Origin: Takakia lepidozioides
Lineage: Eukaryota > Plantae > Bryophyta
Assembly: GCA_030704615.1 (NCBI GenBank)
Contig: CM060733.1
Location: 38,688,001 to 38,752,000, forward strand
Direction: 5' to 3'
DNA: 64,000 nucleotides
This document shows positions 49,001 to 61,611 of the stretch, in pieces; positions within the stretch are counted from its first letter, which is position 1; each line of letters opens with the position of its first letter. The translations under genes were made by a program, and so were the position numbers. The notes beneath the pieces were generated by a model, which did no database searches, had not been told where the DNA came from, and saw only the letters and a program-made list of their open reading frames with translations.

Positions 49001-51898
49001 GCTGAGGCTAAGTTTATATACCCAATAGAGTATACAACTTGGTTGTCACCCATTGTTATAGTTCCCAAGAAGAATGGCAAATTAAGAGTATGTGTGAACG
49101 ATAAGAAGCTGAATGCTTGTACGAAGAAAGATCCTTTCCCTTTGCCATTCACAGAAGCAGTATTAGACACTGTGGCAGGCCATGAGATGTACTCATTCAT
49201 GGATGGCTTCAGTGGTTATAATCAAGTGCAAGTGGCAGAAGAAGACCAAGGGAAAACAGCTTTCATCACAGACTGGGGGGCTTATGCATACAAAGTCATG
49301 CCCTTTGGACTTTGTAATGCACCAGCGACCTTTCAGAGAGTGATAAGTGAATCTTTTCATGAGTATCTGGATGATTTCATGCAGGTATTCTTGGATGATT
49401 TCAGTGTGTACAGCTCTAAGAGTGAGCACTTGCATAAATTGGAGTTATGTTTGGCCAGATGCAGGATGAGAGGTCTGGGCCTGAATCCAGAGAAGTGTAC
49501 TTTCTGTGTGAACTCAGGGGTGCTTCTGGGACACATTGTGTGTAAGAAGGGACTCCTTGTGGATCCCAGAAAGACAGAGTCCATTAAAGCCTCTCCACCA
49601 CCAGTGAATGTTAAAAGTCTACGAAGATTCCTTGGGCAAACCAGTTATTACAGGAGATTTGTCAAAAGGTATACACAAATAGCAGCACCATTGAGCAAAC
49701 TACTGAAGAAAGATGCAGTGTTTGCCTGGACAGCGGAATGTCAACAGGCATTTGAAGAACTTACACTGTCAGTAACAACTACACCTGTGCTGATTAACCC
49801 TCACTGGCATGTAGTATTCCATGTTCACTGTGATGCATCAGGAGAAGCGTTGGGAGCGGTGTTAGCCCAGAATGTTACAGGGAATATAGATTCACCTGTG
49901 TACTGTGCTAGCCGGTTGATGAACAGTGCTGAGAGGAACTATAGCACAACGGAAAGAGAAGCATTGGCATTGATCTATGCAGTGAAGAAATTCAGGCATT
50001 ACCTGTTGGGCAAGAAGTTTATGTTCTATGTGGATCACCAGGCTCTGATATACCTGGTAAACAAACCTCTGATAAGCGGAAGAATAGCAAGATGGTTGAT
50101 AATCTTGCACGAGTTTGAGTTTGAGGTTGTTTACAAGCCTGGAAGACTGCATCTTGTGGCGGATCATTTGTCACGATTGTCAACAGGAGAACCAGCCACA
50201 GGAATAGATGATCAATTACCAGATGCGAGTCTCTTTGCAGTGGAGGTGCAGATGACTGGTTAGATTGGCAGTGGCCAATCAGATACTACCTTGTTCATGG
50301 TCAGTGCCCACCTAGTTATGGTCAGGAGCAGAGGAAGAGAATCGCTATCAAAGCTTTACCTTATACTATGGTAGGAAGCATAATGTATAAGTTAGGACCT
50401 GATGGAGTACTAAAACGATGCTTGTACCACCATGAAGTGAATAAAGTTTTGGCGGAAGTTCATAAAGGAGTGGCGGGAGGTCATTTTGGAGAAGAGACTA
50501 CCAGTAGAAAGATACTACTCGCAGGATACTGGTGGCCTACTTTGTTCAAAGATGTACACGAGTATTGTCAGAAGTGTGATGAATGTCAGAGGCTAGGACC
50601 TTTGCAGAGATCTGGAAGGATGGCCTTGCATCCTACAATGCCTACGGAACCATTTCAGAAATGGGGACTAGACTTTGTTGGACCAATTAACCCACCATCC
50701 AAGAATACACGAAACAGGTACATAATTACAGCCACTGATTATACTACAAAGTGGGTGGAAGCTAAAGTTTTGAGGGACAACACAGCCAAGTCCAGAGCAA
50801 GGTTCCTGTACGAGAACATACTTACACGATTTGGCTGTCCCTTAGAATTTATCAGTGATCAAGGAAGTCACTTCATGAATGAGACCATTGAGTTGTTGAC
50901 TAAAGAGTTATGATTGTGCATAGAAAGAGTACAACATATTACCCACAGGGTAATGGGCAAGCAGAGGCTACCAACAAAATACTATGTACTATCTTGGCTA
51001 AGATAGTCAATGCAAACAGAACGGATTGGGATACGAAGCTGCTGACAGCTTTGTGGTCATACAGGACTTCATATAAAGTCACCACTAAGTATACACCATT
51101 CCAATTAGTTTATGGTATGGAAGCCTTACTTCCAGTGGAATTCCTGTTACTTACCATGAGAACGGAATAGGGAAAGAGAATGGAATTGCAAGACTCCATC
51201 AAGGTCAGGAAACATGAATTATACCATGTGGAAGAAGTACGTGCTGATGCAGCTGATAATATGACCAGAATTCAGATGAAGCGAAAGGAACAGTTTGATG
51301 AAGGCAAGTTAAAGACTTTTAAGACGGGGGATTTGGTTCTATGGTTGCAGAAGAAAGGAAAGATTCAAGCTTCTAAGCTTAAATCACCATGGAAAGGACC
51401 TTATGTCATACAAAAAAGTATGATAACAACACCGCCATGTTACAAACCATTAACAAAGAAATGCTGGGAAGAGTCAATGCAAATAAGTTGAAGGGGTACA
51501 GTGGTATCCATGACAAACCCTTGCAACATGATTTGCATGTTGAACCGCAAACGCAGTCACGGGCTGCACCAGTGTTACGAACGGAGTATGGAGCACTTGT
51601 CGCTAGGCCCAGCATATATGACCAGGGTGGGCAAAACAAACGTGACACAGCCTATCACAGCCCAGCACGGCGCAACACAGCCTATCACAGCCCATCACGA
51701 CGTGACACAGCCTATCACAGCCCATCACAACGTGACACAGCCTATCACAGCCCAGCACGGCGCAACACAGCCTATCACAGCCCATCACGACGTGACACAG
51801 CCTATCACAACCTACCACAGCGTGTCACAGCCTATCACAGCTTACCACAGTGCATCACAGCCTATCACAGCGTAACACAGTATGACACAGCCTACTAA
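46085..51898 (+). pseudogene. gag-pol polyprotein, copy E (NC-PR-RT-RH open as 46835-50263)
   Basis: Deletions at ~46370 and ~46802 relative to copy C. The uninterrupted 1142-aa frame shows gag and pol are in one frame. INT is broken by frameshifts and stops. Confidence 0.93.
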
Positions 51899-52363
51899 AG
51901 TTACACGATCCATAGAACCAGTGACAAGTGGACGCATAATAACTTCAGGAAAATGGCTGACGGAAGAGGAAACGGAAATTACTTTAAAAATAGACACGTG
52001 GAGGTCAGGGCGCGACACACAGCCGAGAAGGAAGTGCAAGAACAGGTGTCAAGAAGAAAGAGGACAAGAACGGCCGTCAAAAGGATGAAAGGCGGGCCCA
52101 TTAATGAGTACGGAAAAAGGGAAACGGAACGAACGGCAAGTACAGAAAAGCGGAATTCTTGTCACATGTGTGATCCTAGTGGACTATCCAACAGGGAAAG
52201 TCCACTAAAAAAGAAGATATCTAAAATCCATCAGCGGATACAGCCAATAGAAAACCAGAGAAAGGATCAAGAAAATGGAGGGAAATTGAGCGCAAGAGGC
52301 GGCGTCGTTCTGAGTAACGGTCGTCTCGACAGGACAGACCATCAATGCTATACCTTGGAAACT

Positions 52364-55300
52364 ATGGAGGAACTAACAGACTATACGCTCGCAATATTAC
52401 TTACGCAGTGGCATAGACACGAAAGGATAGAGCGGAGCTTTTCTCTTGAGCGATGCTTGCAAGCCCCGCAGGCTTACAAGAAATTACCCATAGCTTTCTG
52501 CGGCAACCATACGTTTATGCTTTGTGCACTACAGGCATTCCTACAGTTGTTACAGCCAAAACAGTTCGGTGAGTCTAAAATGAAGAGAGTGAGAGGCATG
52601 GAGGAAATCAGGGTGAAGAGCACCACGATTCTGCAGAAACAAACAATTGCTACCCCACAGGCGATACAGATACAGGAGGAGCTGAGATTGCAAGGATTGC
52701 AAAGCCTAGATTGGACACTACACCATAGACAGTACATGTTACAATTTTTGCAGAACTTTGAGCCAAGGACAGGAACAACAACGGTGAAGGGAGTTGAATT
52801 AATGATTACTCCCTATACCTCCAGCAATTGTTTCGATTGCCAGCAGGTCAGGTGCATGTGGAGGAACACAGGGCAAGACTGCAAAAAGGGGACTTATTCC
52901 AAGAAGGGAGTTTCTTTAAAACTCAGGGTTATGCTTGTACCAAGGCTGTGTACCCAGGACTAAAAGAGATAGGCCAGGTATTGAACGTTCTGATTGCCAT
53001 GAAACAGAACCAACAGTATTTGAGCAGATCCTTCACGGAGGAAATACTCAAAGGCATGAAGGGACAAGAGGTACAATGGGCGGACATAATGTACAACGCA
53101 CTGGTAGAGGAGATGAAAAGATTACAAGGTACTACCGCAAAGTCTCCTATAATAGTGTCTGGCCCAATCATTGCTCAAATAATCCTTGATTCTGGCATAC
53201 TTAATGCGCAAGAAAGAAAGGAAATGGGAGTGTTTGAGCCAGAAACAACTGCAATGGAAGAGCAAGGCTTTTCACACAGTGAGGGTGGACTAGCAGGGCA
53301 ACCTGAGACTAAGAGGCAGAGACGGGGAAAGACTGTGGTGGCGGATCCACTGGCTTCACGGATTCCGCATGATAATGTTTCCCAAGCTCATGGCCAGGAA
53401 GGGGCACAGCAGCACAGAGAAATGCTATTACTGGAAGCAGGACCTTCAGAGAGGGAGGAGGAAGTTACTTCTGCATCACAACCATCACAGCCACCTGAAC
53501 GACTTGTCACAAGGTCACAAGTTATCCATGCAGCTCAACCAGAAATAATTGATTTGGAAAGAGAAGGGTTAGATATTCCAACTACAGAACAGATAGTGGC
53601 AGAAATAGAGAAGGGGGACCTTCTCTATGAATATTCTGGTCTGGTCAAGGAGACAGAAATCCCAGAGGTGCAACAGTTGCCCAAGGGAAATCCTGAGGTG
53701 CATATAATACACACACCGTGTCGGAGGTACCACAGGCGGAAGGTCATGACACTGTAGCACCGGTGATAGATGAAGTAGTTCAGGAAGAAAATCCGGTGGG
53801 ACAACGGCCTGAATGGTTAGTGAGACATCACACTGTTGAAGATCAGGAGGAACAGCAGCAACCTCACCATGATGACCCTCAACAGGCAATGCTGATGAGT
53901 TCCATAGGCAGGACACTTAATTTGTTGGGGACTTATGTCAAATCCCATGTTCCAATTACCCAATTGACAGCCTTGAGAGAGGAACTCAGGAAGGAGTTTG
54001 AGGCTCGACTAGCCACTGAGTGTGCAAACAAGGTCGATGAAGAGGTCACTCTCAAGATGAAGCAGGACTTGGGAAATACAGAAATGGCTTTGCAATTGGC
54101 CAAGGAACAATTGATTGAGGCAGGCCTCGCGCAAGACCAGTTGAACGAAGCACATAAGCAACAGCTATACCAAATGCAGGTGCAGCATGAAAGCAAGTTG
54201 CAAGAACTGAATGCACTACATACGGAGTTGCAGACAGTGCATAACAGGATGGCGATACAATGTGCTACATTCACAACTATGCTTGACCAATCTACAAAAG
54301 AAATAAACAGTCAAGCGGAAAAATGTACGAAGGCAGAAGAAGAGAATGTTGAGCAAATGAAGCTCATTGTCGATATGAAGAATACAATTTGTCGCAATGA
54401 AGATACTTTCAAGCAATACAGGCAGATTGAAGCTGATCAAGAGAAGCACATCGTGGAGTTGCAACAAACCATCATGGCCAATAGAAATGAAATCGCAGTC
54501 AATAACAAGGCTTGGAAGGAAGCCAATAATCTACTTGCTGCTTATGCGCAATTGGTTGAACCTCAGGCGAAGCGCATGGAGGCTTTACAACAGCAGTTGG
54601 AATTGTACAAGCTAAGAGAGGAGCAAACTCTCAGGGAAATCACAAGCAACTTGGTGGATAACAGCCTTATGCAGGTCTGGTTAGCACAAGGGCCAGTAGA
54701 GGGCAAAGCACCACGGAAGCTCACCCAAAGCGAGATGAATGAGCTCAGGCTGCAGGTGCAGAACATTGCCACAACTACTATAGACAATGTCTATAGTAGG
54801 ATAGCAGAGTTACAAGAGGATGTAGACGGACTGCAGGCTCAAGTGGAAGACCTCACTTCAAACATCGACCAAGAGTCTATATCCCTCAGGAACAGCTAAT
54901 GGCTTCTTATTTACAAGCCAGAACTTTGGCTTTTCAGTCTTCACAGGAGGGGCAGGAGATGCCAATGATACAAGAGCCAGTACCACCACCACCACAACAA
55001 GTCACTGTACCAATAGCTGAACCTGTGGTTACTACAACCACACCACAGCCACCACAGCCGGAGGTATGGGGCAATGCCGCTTTTAACCCACCTAAAACTC
55101 CAGCTGCCAGGGAGTACAGTAGGGCTATGATTATGCCCTTCAACCAAATTCCCATCATGTTGGATTTGGCTTGAAAAGAATTTAGTCCTCCGCAGTCATT
55201 CGCACATTACTACCAAATCATGCGTATATGGCTGCCAGTGGCAACTAGGACTAAAGTTCTTCCGAACAATCGACATATTGAAGATCATCACTTTGCACAA

Positions 55301-56062
55301 TACTGGCACGAAGCAGGTACCATGTTGAGGGAATTGATTGCTTTCCAGGTTGTACATGGACTCATTTATACCAAGACCAAGGAGATAGCAAGTATTGTCA
55401 TGGGGTGCGGGTTATACTACGCTGCTTGTTTTCTGGTACGTTACCACATTGAGCAACAAAAGATGCAAACATGCTTTCTGAGTTATTCCAGTGGAGATCA
55501 TTGGGTATTACCTTCGGTGCCACCTCATATGTACCTATATGACCCAAAAGTTATGATGCAAAAGGATTCTCAAATTCGTTCATGGTTTCAAGCGGCCTGG
55601 AACCATTTGTCAACACAGAAATTCGGCATTGATGACATTTTCTATAAGGGACATGTGGCATGGAAATACTTCCACGCTGCACCAGTAATTGGTACCCCAC
55701 TCACCTGGACAGACAAGGAGCTCAGTGTCTACACCAATTTTGCTGTTCAGCGGTTACACCAAGTTGTAAAATACAAACTTCCAGACATGATAGGACAGCA
55801 TTGTATGCCCCAGATGATTCCACAAAAAGTTCGAAAATAAAACACCTGAGAGGCGATGAGGATTCTGATACAACTGGTTCTTCACCGAATTTTTTGACAT
55901 GGGAGAAGACTATGCAGTTCAAATGGCAGAGAAGAAGCGAAGGGGGTCTCCTATGCCGGAAAGGTTACCTCGATATCAGCCTCCAGAGGGCCTCACTTAT
56001 CCAGGTAGTGATCAACCATCTCCGTCAACCAGAGACAGACCTCGGGCTCGTACACACAGTCC
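52364..56062 (+). pseudogene. ORF3 of copy E
   Basis: Starts MEELTDYTLAILLTQWH; ORF pieces 52828, 53718, 54899, 55220 and 55660. Confidence 0.85.
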
Positions 56063-56075
56063 GCCATAACAGGAA

Positions 56076-56640
56076 TTCCACTGGAAGTAAGGCTTCCATA
56101 CACACAACCAGGCTCGTGGCGCCAGATTTCAGAGAGGAGCACCGTTCCATGTGCCTTGCGTGGAAGCGCGCTCCCACCTTGGATGATGCAGAGACACAGT
56201 TTGCATGTATACGGGCTTGGTGGACATCGTCAGGTGTTGTAAGGAGATCAGACGAGGGAGCATGGTCAGTTGGCTAGCATGGTGGCATTATCGTTTCCTC
56301 CGTTCGGCGACTATATGCGGGAGGTGAGTTGCACGAATTCGCGTCCCGTTGAATATTATTCTGGGCCATATTTGTAACTTGCTTGTAACCTCAACATGTG
56401 CTGTGCAGAAATGTGTCTCGACTCCGACACCGACATGCCCACGACAAACATGGCCGAATCAGTGCACTCTTCCTGGCGTGCCTCCTCTGCGGCGCGTCTG
56501 GTGGACATCCTCACTGCCACAACGGAGGAAAACATGTGAGGTCAATTATGCAGCAATGCAGGTGCAACGAGTTTGAAAGGGAAACAGTAGGGCTTGGGGC
56601 CGGACAGGCAGGAAATGCTGATGCGGACTGCTGTCGCGCG
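56076..56640 (+). pseudogene. MULE-like transposase fragment (FHW through the catalytic Glu), containing one intron
   Basis: TTC CAC TGG (FHW)...HTTRLVAPDFREEHRSMCLAWKRAPTLDDAETQFACIRAWWTSSG...LAWWHYRF; GTGAGT donor ~56324 and TGCAG acceptor 56408; then MPTTNMAESVHSSW (TNxAES motif, E at 56456) and GLGPDRQEMLMR. Confidence 0.7.
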
Positions 56641-56642
56641 GC

Positions 56643-58261
56643 TGCTTCTGGGACACCTTGTGCGTAAGAAGGGACTTCTTGTGGATCCCAGAAAGAAAGA
56701 GTCCATTAAAGCCTCTCCACCACCAGTGAATGTTAAAAGTCTAAGGGAAGATGCTGGGCAAAACCAGTTATACAGCAAGATTTGTCAAAAGGGATGCACA
56801 AATAGCAGCACCATTGAGCAAGCTTTGAAGAAAGAATGCCATGGTTGCCTGGACAGCTGAAATGTCAGCAGGCATTGAGGAACTTACCCTGTCAGTAACA
56901 ACTACACCTGTGCTGATTAACCCCACTGGCATGTAGTATTTCATGTTCATTGCGATGCATCAGGAGAAGCCCTCACTGGCATTTAGTATTCATGTTTCAT
57001 TGCGATGCATCAGGAGAAGCGTTGGGAGCGGTGTTAGCCTAGAATGATACAGGAAATATAGATTCACCTGTGTACTATGCCAGCAGGTTGATGAACAGTG
57101 CTGAAAGGAACTATAGCACACGGAAAGAGAAGGCATTGGCAATGATCTATGCAGTGAAGAAATTCAGGCATTACCTGTTGGGCAAGAAGTTTATGTTTTA
57201 TGTGGATCACCAGGCTTTGATATACCTGGTAAATAAACCTCTGATAAGCGGAAGAATAGCAAGATGGTTGATAATCTTGCACGAGTTTTGAGTTCGAGGT
57301 TGTTTACAAGCCTGTGAGACTGCATCTTGTGCGGATCACTTCTCACGGTTATCAACTAGTTATGGTAAGGAGCAGAGGAAGAGAATCGCTATCAAAGCTT
57401 TACCTTATACTACTATTGTAGAACTGCGAATGTATAATTTGGTAAGGAGCAGAGGAAGAGTTTGGTAAGGAGCAGAGGAAGAGAATCGCTATCAAAGCTT
57501 TACCTTATACTATGTAGTAGGAACAGAATGTATAAGCTAGGACCTGATGGAGTACTAAAACGATGCTTGTACCACACCATGAAGTAATAAAGTTTTTTGG
57601 AGGAAGTCATAAAGAGTGGGCTGAGGTCATTTCTTTGGAGAAGAGACTACCAGTATGAGATACTACTTGCAGGTTACTGGTGGCCTACTTTGTTTAAAGA
57701 TGTACGAGTATTGTCACGAGTTGTGATGAATGTCAAGAGGCTAGACCTTTGCAGAGATCTGGAAGGATGGCCTTGCATCCTACAATGCCTACGGAACCAT
57801 TTCAGAAAGGGGACTAGACTTTGTTGACCGATTAACCCACCAGCCAAGAATACACGGACGGGTACATAATTACAAAGCCTGATTATACTACGAAGTGGTG
57901 TGGAAGCTAAAGCTTTGAGGGACAACTCAGTCCAGTCCACACAACATACAAGGTTCCTGTATGAGACATACTTACACGATTTGGCTGTCCCTTAGAATTT
58001 ATCATTGATCAGGGATGGAAGTCACTTCATGAATGAGACCATTGAGTTGTTGACTAAAGAGTTCATGATTGTGCATAGAAAGAATACAACATATTATCCA
58101 CAGGGTAATGGGCAGGCAGAGGCTACCAACAAAATACTATGTACTATCTTGGCTAAGATAGTCAATGCAAACAGAACGGATTGGGATACAAAGCTGCTGA
58201 CAGCTTTGTGGTCATACATGACTTCATATAAAGTCACCACTAAGTATACACCATTCCAATT
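56643..58261 (+). mobile_element. Ty3/gypsy fragment F (RT end, RH, INT) with very dense indels
   Basis: LLGHLVRKKGLLVDPRK, YYASRLMNSAERNYST, GQAEATNKILC. Local duplications at ~56920-57020 and ~57360-57530. Confidence 0.9.
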
Positions 58262-60101
58262 AATGGAACCCACAAGATCTCTCCTTGCCTTCCATGGGAA
58301 TTGGGGTCTTGCCCGTACACCCTTCGGATGGCAGCCCAATTTGCTTGGCGTTTTCCGCCATGAAACCACGGAAATTCGAGGGGGCAATCCCGCCTTGGCC
58401 ATCTGTTTGTTTATTCCCTGCCAAAGAAGCATCTCCGATTGTGTGTCCTCTCCTTTCATCTCACAAATAGCAATTGTCATTAGCATCCTGCAGTGGGTGT
58501 CGTAGACATGTGCACCCATTGTCACCCACTGGTGATTTGTAATTCGCTTGATATGGTCGAACATGACCCAACTGTTTGACAAGTCCCCACTCGTCATCCT
58601 ATCGGCCAGTTCGACGCCTCTGCCAGGTCCACATGTGGACATTTTGAATACGAAACAACGATCTGCCTCAGTCCCTTGTCCTGGAAACCTACTTCCATGA
58701 ATGTAGTCATATCCACATCGTCGCTTCACCTCCAGAATGGAGTGCATATCCGAGCCACGCCCAATTTTCTGTTGCATGAGACAATGTGGTTTCGGACATT
58801 CGGTGAACATATGTGGGACAAGACTCCGAGCAATGCCTCCATTTCCTTCTCATCGAGAGGAACTCTATCGGAGCCGTCTTCCGACATAATTCTGGCCAAT
58901 GCCATCTTATGGGCGGCTTGGAGTCTGTATCTGTTTGGGTTTGGCACCCGGTCTCAACTTAACCCAACCTCCTCCTGACGAGCTGCTCTGCCTCGTGGGC
59001 AGCCTCCCACGAGTTCCCCCTCGCCAATTTGTGACAATGGGAACCAACGTGTATGCAAGCTCGGTGAGGTCAGGGAAACGGTGCAACACATAGAACTGCT
59101 TGGCATTACAAATAGACATGCAGTGTGGTGGTTCTTTGCAATGCGCACACTTAAATGTGGAGTTCGGAACCTTCTCCTGAGCTCGAAATGGTTGATGAGC
59201 TGTGCCTGTCCAATCGGTCTCGTTCCTGTGACCTCTGGATTTAAAGTGGAAGCAAGTTGGGGAGAAACAACCGCAACGTGCCCCGCACAAACAACGTAGC
59301 GCACCCGCACACCATCAAGCATCTTCATGCTGGTGGTTTTGGTAACGCACCAAGGATGACCGTCATGTTTTCTATCCATATCTATCAACATTCCGGACGC
59401 CCTCGAGTAGTCCGCCCGAGGAGGGAACTCAAAGAAGATATTACCGTCGATGTCAGCGGGAAGGCATGTAACCGATTTAATTGCGAACTTGCTGTAGTCC
59501 AGCCCGGCCAACTCCAACCGGTGTCCCTCCAGGTGAAGCCCTCGTAGAATTTCAAGAATAGATCGAACTGCGGTGGTCGTGCTGGGAATATGATCCCTCC
59601 TCCACTGACGTCCATTGAGGACTTGCCTGATCTCCAGGACGACCTCGGAACTTCCATGACCTCGTCTGAGTCGGACAGGTTGTGAACAACCCGGTTCTCG
59701 CTCGTCTTCATGGATGGGTTCGGCTCTGGATTTACTTCTTTGCGGACTTCTCTCTTTGAGGTAGCCACTCTCTGATTCGCGGATTGTTTCGTGGAAGGCG
59801 CAAGGATAGAAGGTGCATTTGGCGGGCAAATGAAGTCCCCAACAGCCCTGTATATGACGTTGTCCGATGGTGGAACTCGCCATTCCCTGCCATCGCCGAA
59901 ATCATCGTGGAGCACAACAATACTCTCGACAACAAGGCCGTTTGAGTCCTCCTTCCTCCTCCAAAAAAACCGACCCCGGTTCAGGTGGTATTGAACGCAC
60001 AGATATTTCTCCATCACCCGGCAGATGTCCCCTCTGCACGGAAATGAAGCTCTATGCTCGTGAGGAGGGCAGTACACTGTAGCGCTCGGGTTTTCCGCCA
60101 T
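58262..60101 (-). pseudogene. MULE (Mutator-like) DDE transposase, N-terminal and central part, frameshifted
   Basis: ATG at 60101 (MAENPSAT). Cys/His-rich WRKY/GCM-like region DRKHDGHPWC...CAGH...CAHCKEPPHC...C. Core WVMFDHIKR...TMGAHVYD...MTIAICEMKGED...LLWQGIN; across frameshifts NFRGFMAENA-ANWAAIRRVYG...ERSCGFH (CxxH). Confidence 0.75.
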
Positions 60102-60399
60102 GGGAGATGTGCACACAAGACTGCCAGGATGGCGTGCGGGGAAGCTCCCTAGTAGAAGGGGATGCAGCGATGGGAAGGAATGCGGTGCCGATTTGTCCGA
60201 GCGACGAAGCCTGATCCAAATCCAAGGAGCCAACTATCTCAAAAATCCACAGTCAGAGTGTTAATGAACCTTGTCTCCGGAATGCGGCCCCTGGTCTTTG
60301 CGCAATAACTGCCAACGGTATGCAGTCAGAAAGTGGGGGGCCGTCCGGATGATGACGGCTAAAGGGGAGAAGCCGGCACCGTGCCGTCACATTACTACC

Positions 60400-61455
60400 C
60401 CCGAATGGAAATTCGGCACCCAATATCCAACAGGGGCCGCACGGATGAAGTCGTCTGGGCCAGAGATGCCGGCACCTGTCCGACAGAGAACATCCCCCGG
60501 ACGGAAATTCAGCGCCGAATTTCCATTCGGATCCCCCCAAAGGAAGTCCTGTCGGGGGGTCAGGCCGAAAACTGGCCGACATAAAAACCTACACGGATGG
60601 AAAAACGGCGCCGAATTTCCATCCGAGGCGTTTCGGATGCAGTCGGCTCGGGGGGAAATGCCGCCATCTGGCCCTCACATTACAACCCCCGGACGGAAAT
60701 TTGGCACCGAATATACAACAGGGGAAGCCCGGATGAAGTCGCCTCGGGCGCAGAGGCCGGCGAGTGTGCGACAGAGAACATCCCCTGGATGGAGATTCGG
60801 CGCCGAATTTCCATCCGGGCCCCCCCAAAGGAAGTCATGTCGGGGGGTCAGGCCGAAAACTGGCCGGCATAAAAACATCCCCAGATGGAAAAACGGCGCC
60901 GAATTTCCATCCGGGGCGGTTCGGATGCAGTCGGGGAGGGGGGAGAGGCCGGCACCTGGCCGTCACATTTCAACCCCCGGACGGAAATTCGGCACCGAAT
61001 ATCCAACAGGGGACGCCCGAATGAAGTCGCCTCGGGCGTAGAGGCCGGCACGTGTTCGACAGAGAGCATCCCCTGGATTGAGATTCGGCGCCGAATTTCC
61101 ATCCAGCAGGTAAGTGGAATCCCGGATGGATGGAAATCCGCCGCCGAATTTCCATCTAGCAGGTAAGTGGAGTCCCGGATGGATGGAAATCCGGCGCCGA
61201 ATTTCCATCCTACAGGTAATTCGACTCCCGGATGGATGGAAATCCGGCGTCGAATTTCCATCCAGCAGGGACTCCACTTACCTACTGGATGGAAATTCGG
61301 CGCGGATTTCCATCCATCCGCTTCCGAATTACCTGCGTGAGGGAAATTTCGCGCGCCGCCCTACCTTGCAGGATGGAAATTCGGCGTTGAATTTCCATCC
61401 TGCTGCGCTCCGAATTACCTCTACGTTGGAAATTCCGGGCCGAGTTCCGTCGATT
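60400..61455. repeat. Intergenic palindrome array: 96-bp period (288-bp higher-order unit), then 53/84-bp spacing; 14 copies
   Basis: Core positions are 60407, 60503, 60599, 60695, 60791, 60887, 60983, 61079, 61132, 61185, 61238, 61291, 61375 and 61428. Consensus GGAAATTCGGCGCCGAATTTCC is self-complementary. Confidence 0.95.
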
Positions 61456-61611
61456 TTCATCCGACATGGAGGGCTTCATCCGACATTTAATTGCGCAGTT
61501 GGGCAATAAATGTCCACCGCCATCCATTTTCATTCGGGCTGGCGACACATGGCTTCCTGGATACGTACCCTAAATCTGATGCTAATCTTGGCTTAACATG
61601 CTATTCGAGGC

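Larger units (their letters stand above)
44540..56062 (+). mobile_element. Ty3/gypsy copy E (5' LTR to near the end of ORF3; gag capsid deleted; no 3' LTR)
   Basis: LTR, PBS, extra ORF, ORF 46835-50263, INT pieces and ORF3 pieces. Confidence 0.95.

Noticed and set aside
60253-61548. Many ORFs beginning MEIRRRISI (also 43624-44497 and 10972-11510)
   Set aside because: These are translations of the palindrome repeats on both strands; GC-rich repeats lack stops and show no domain signal.
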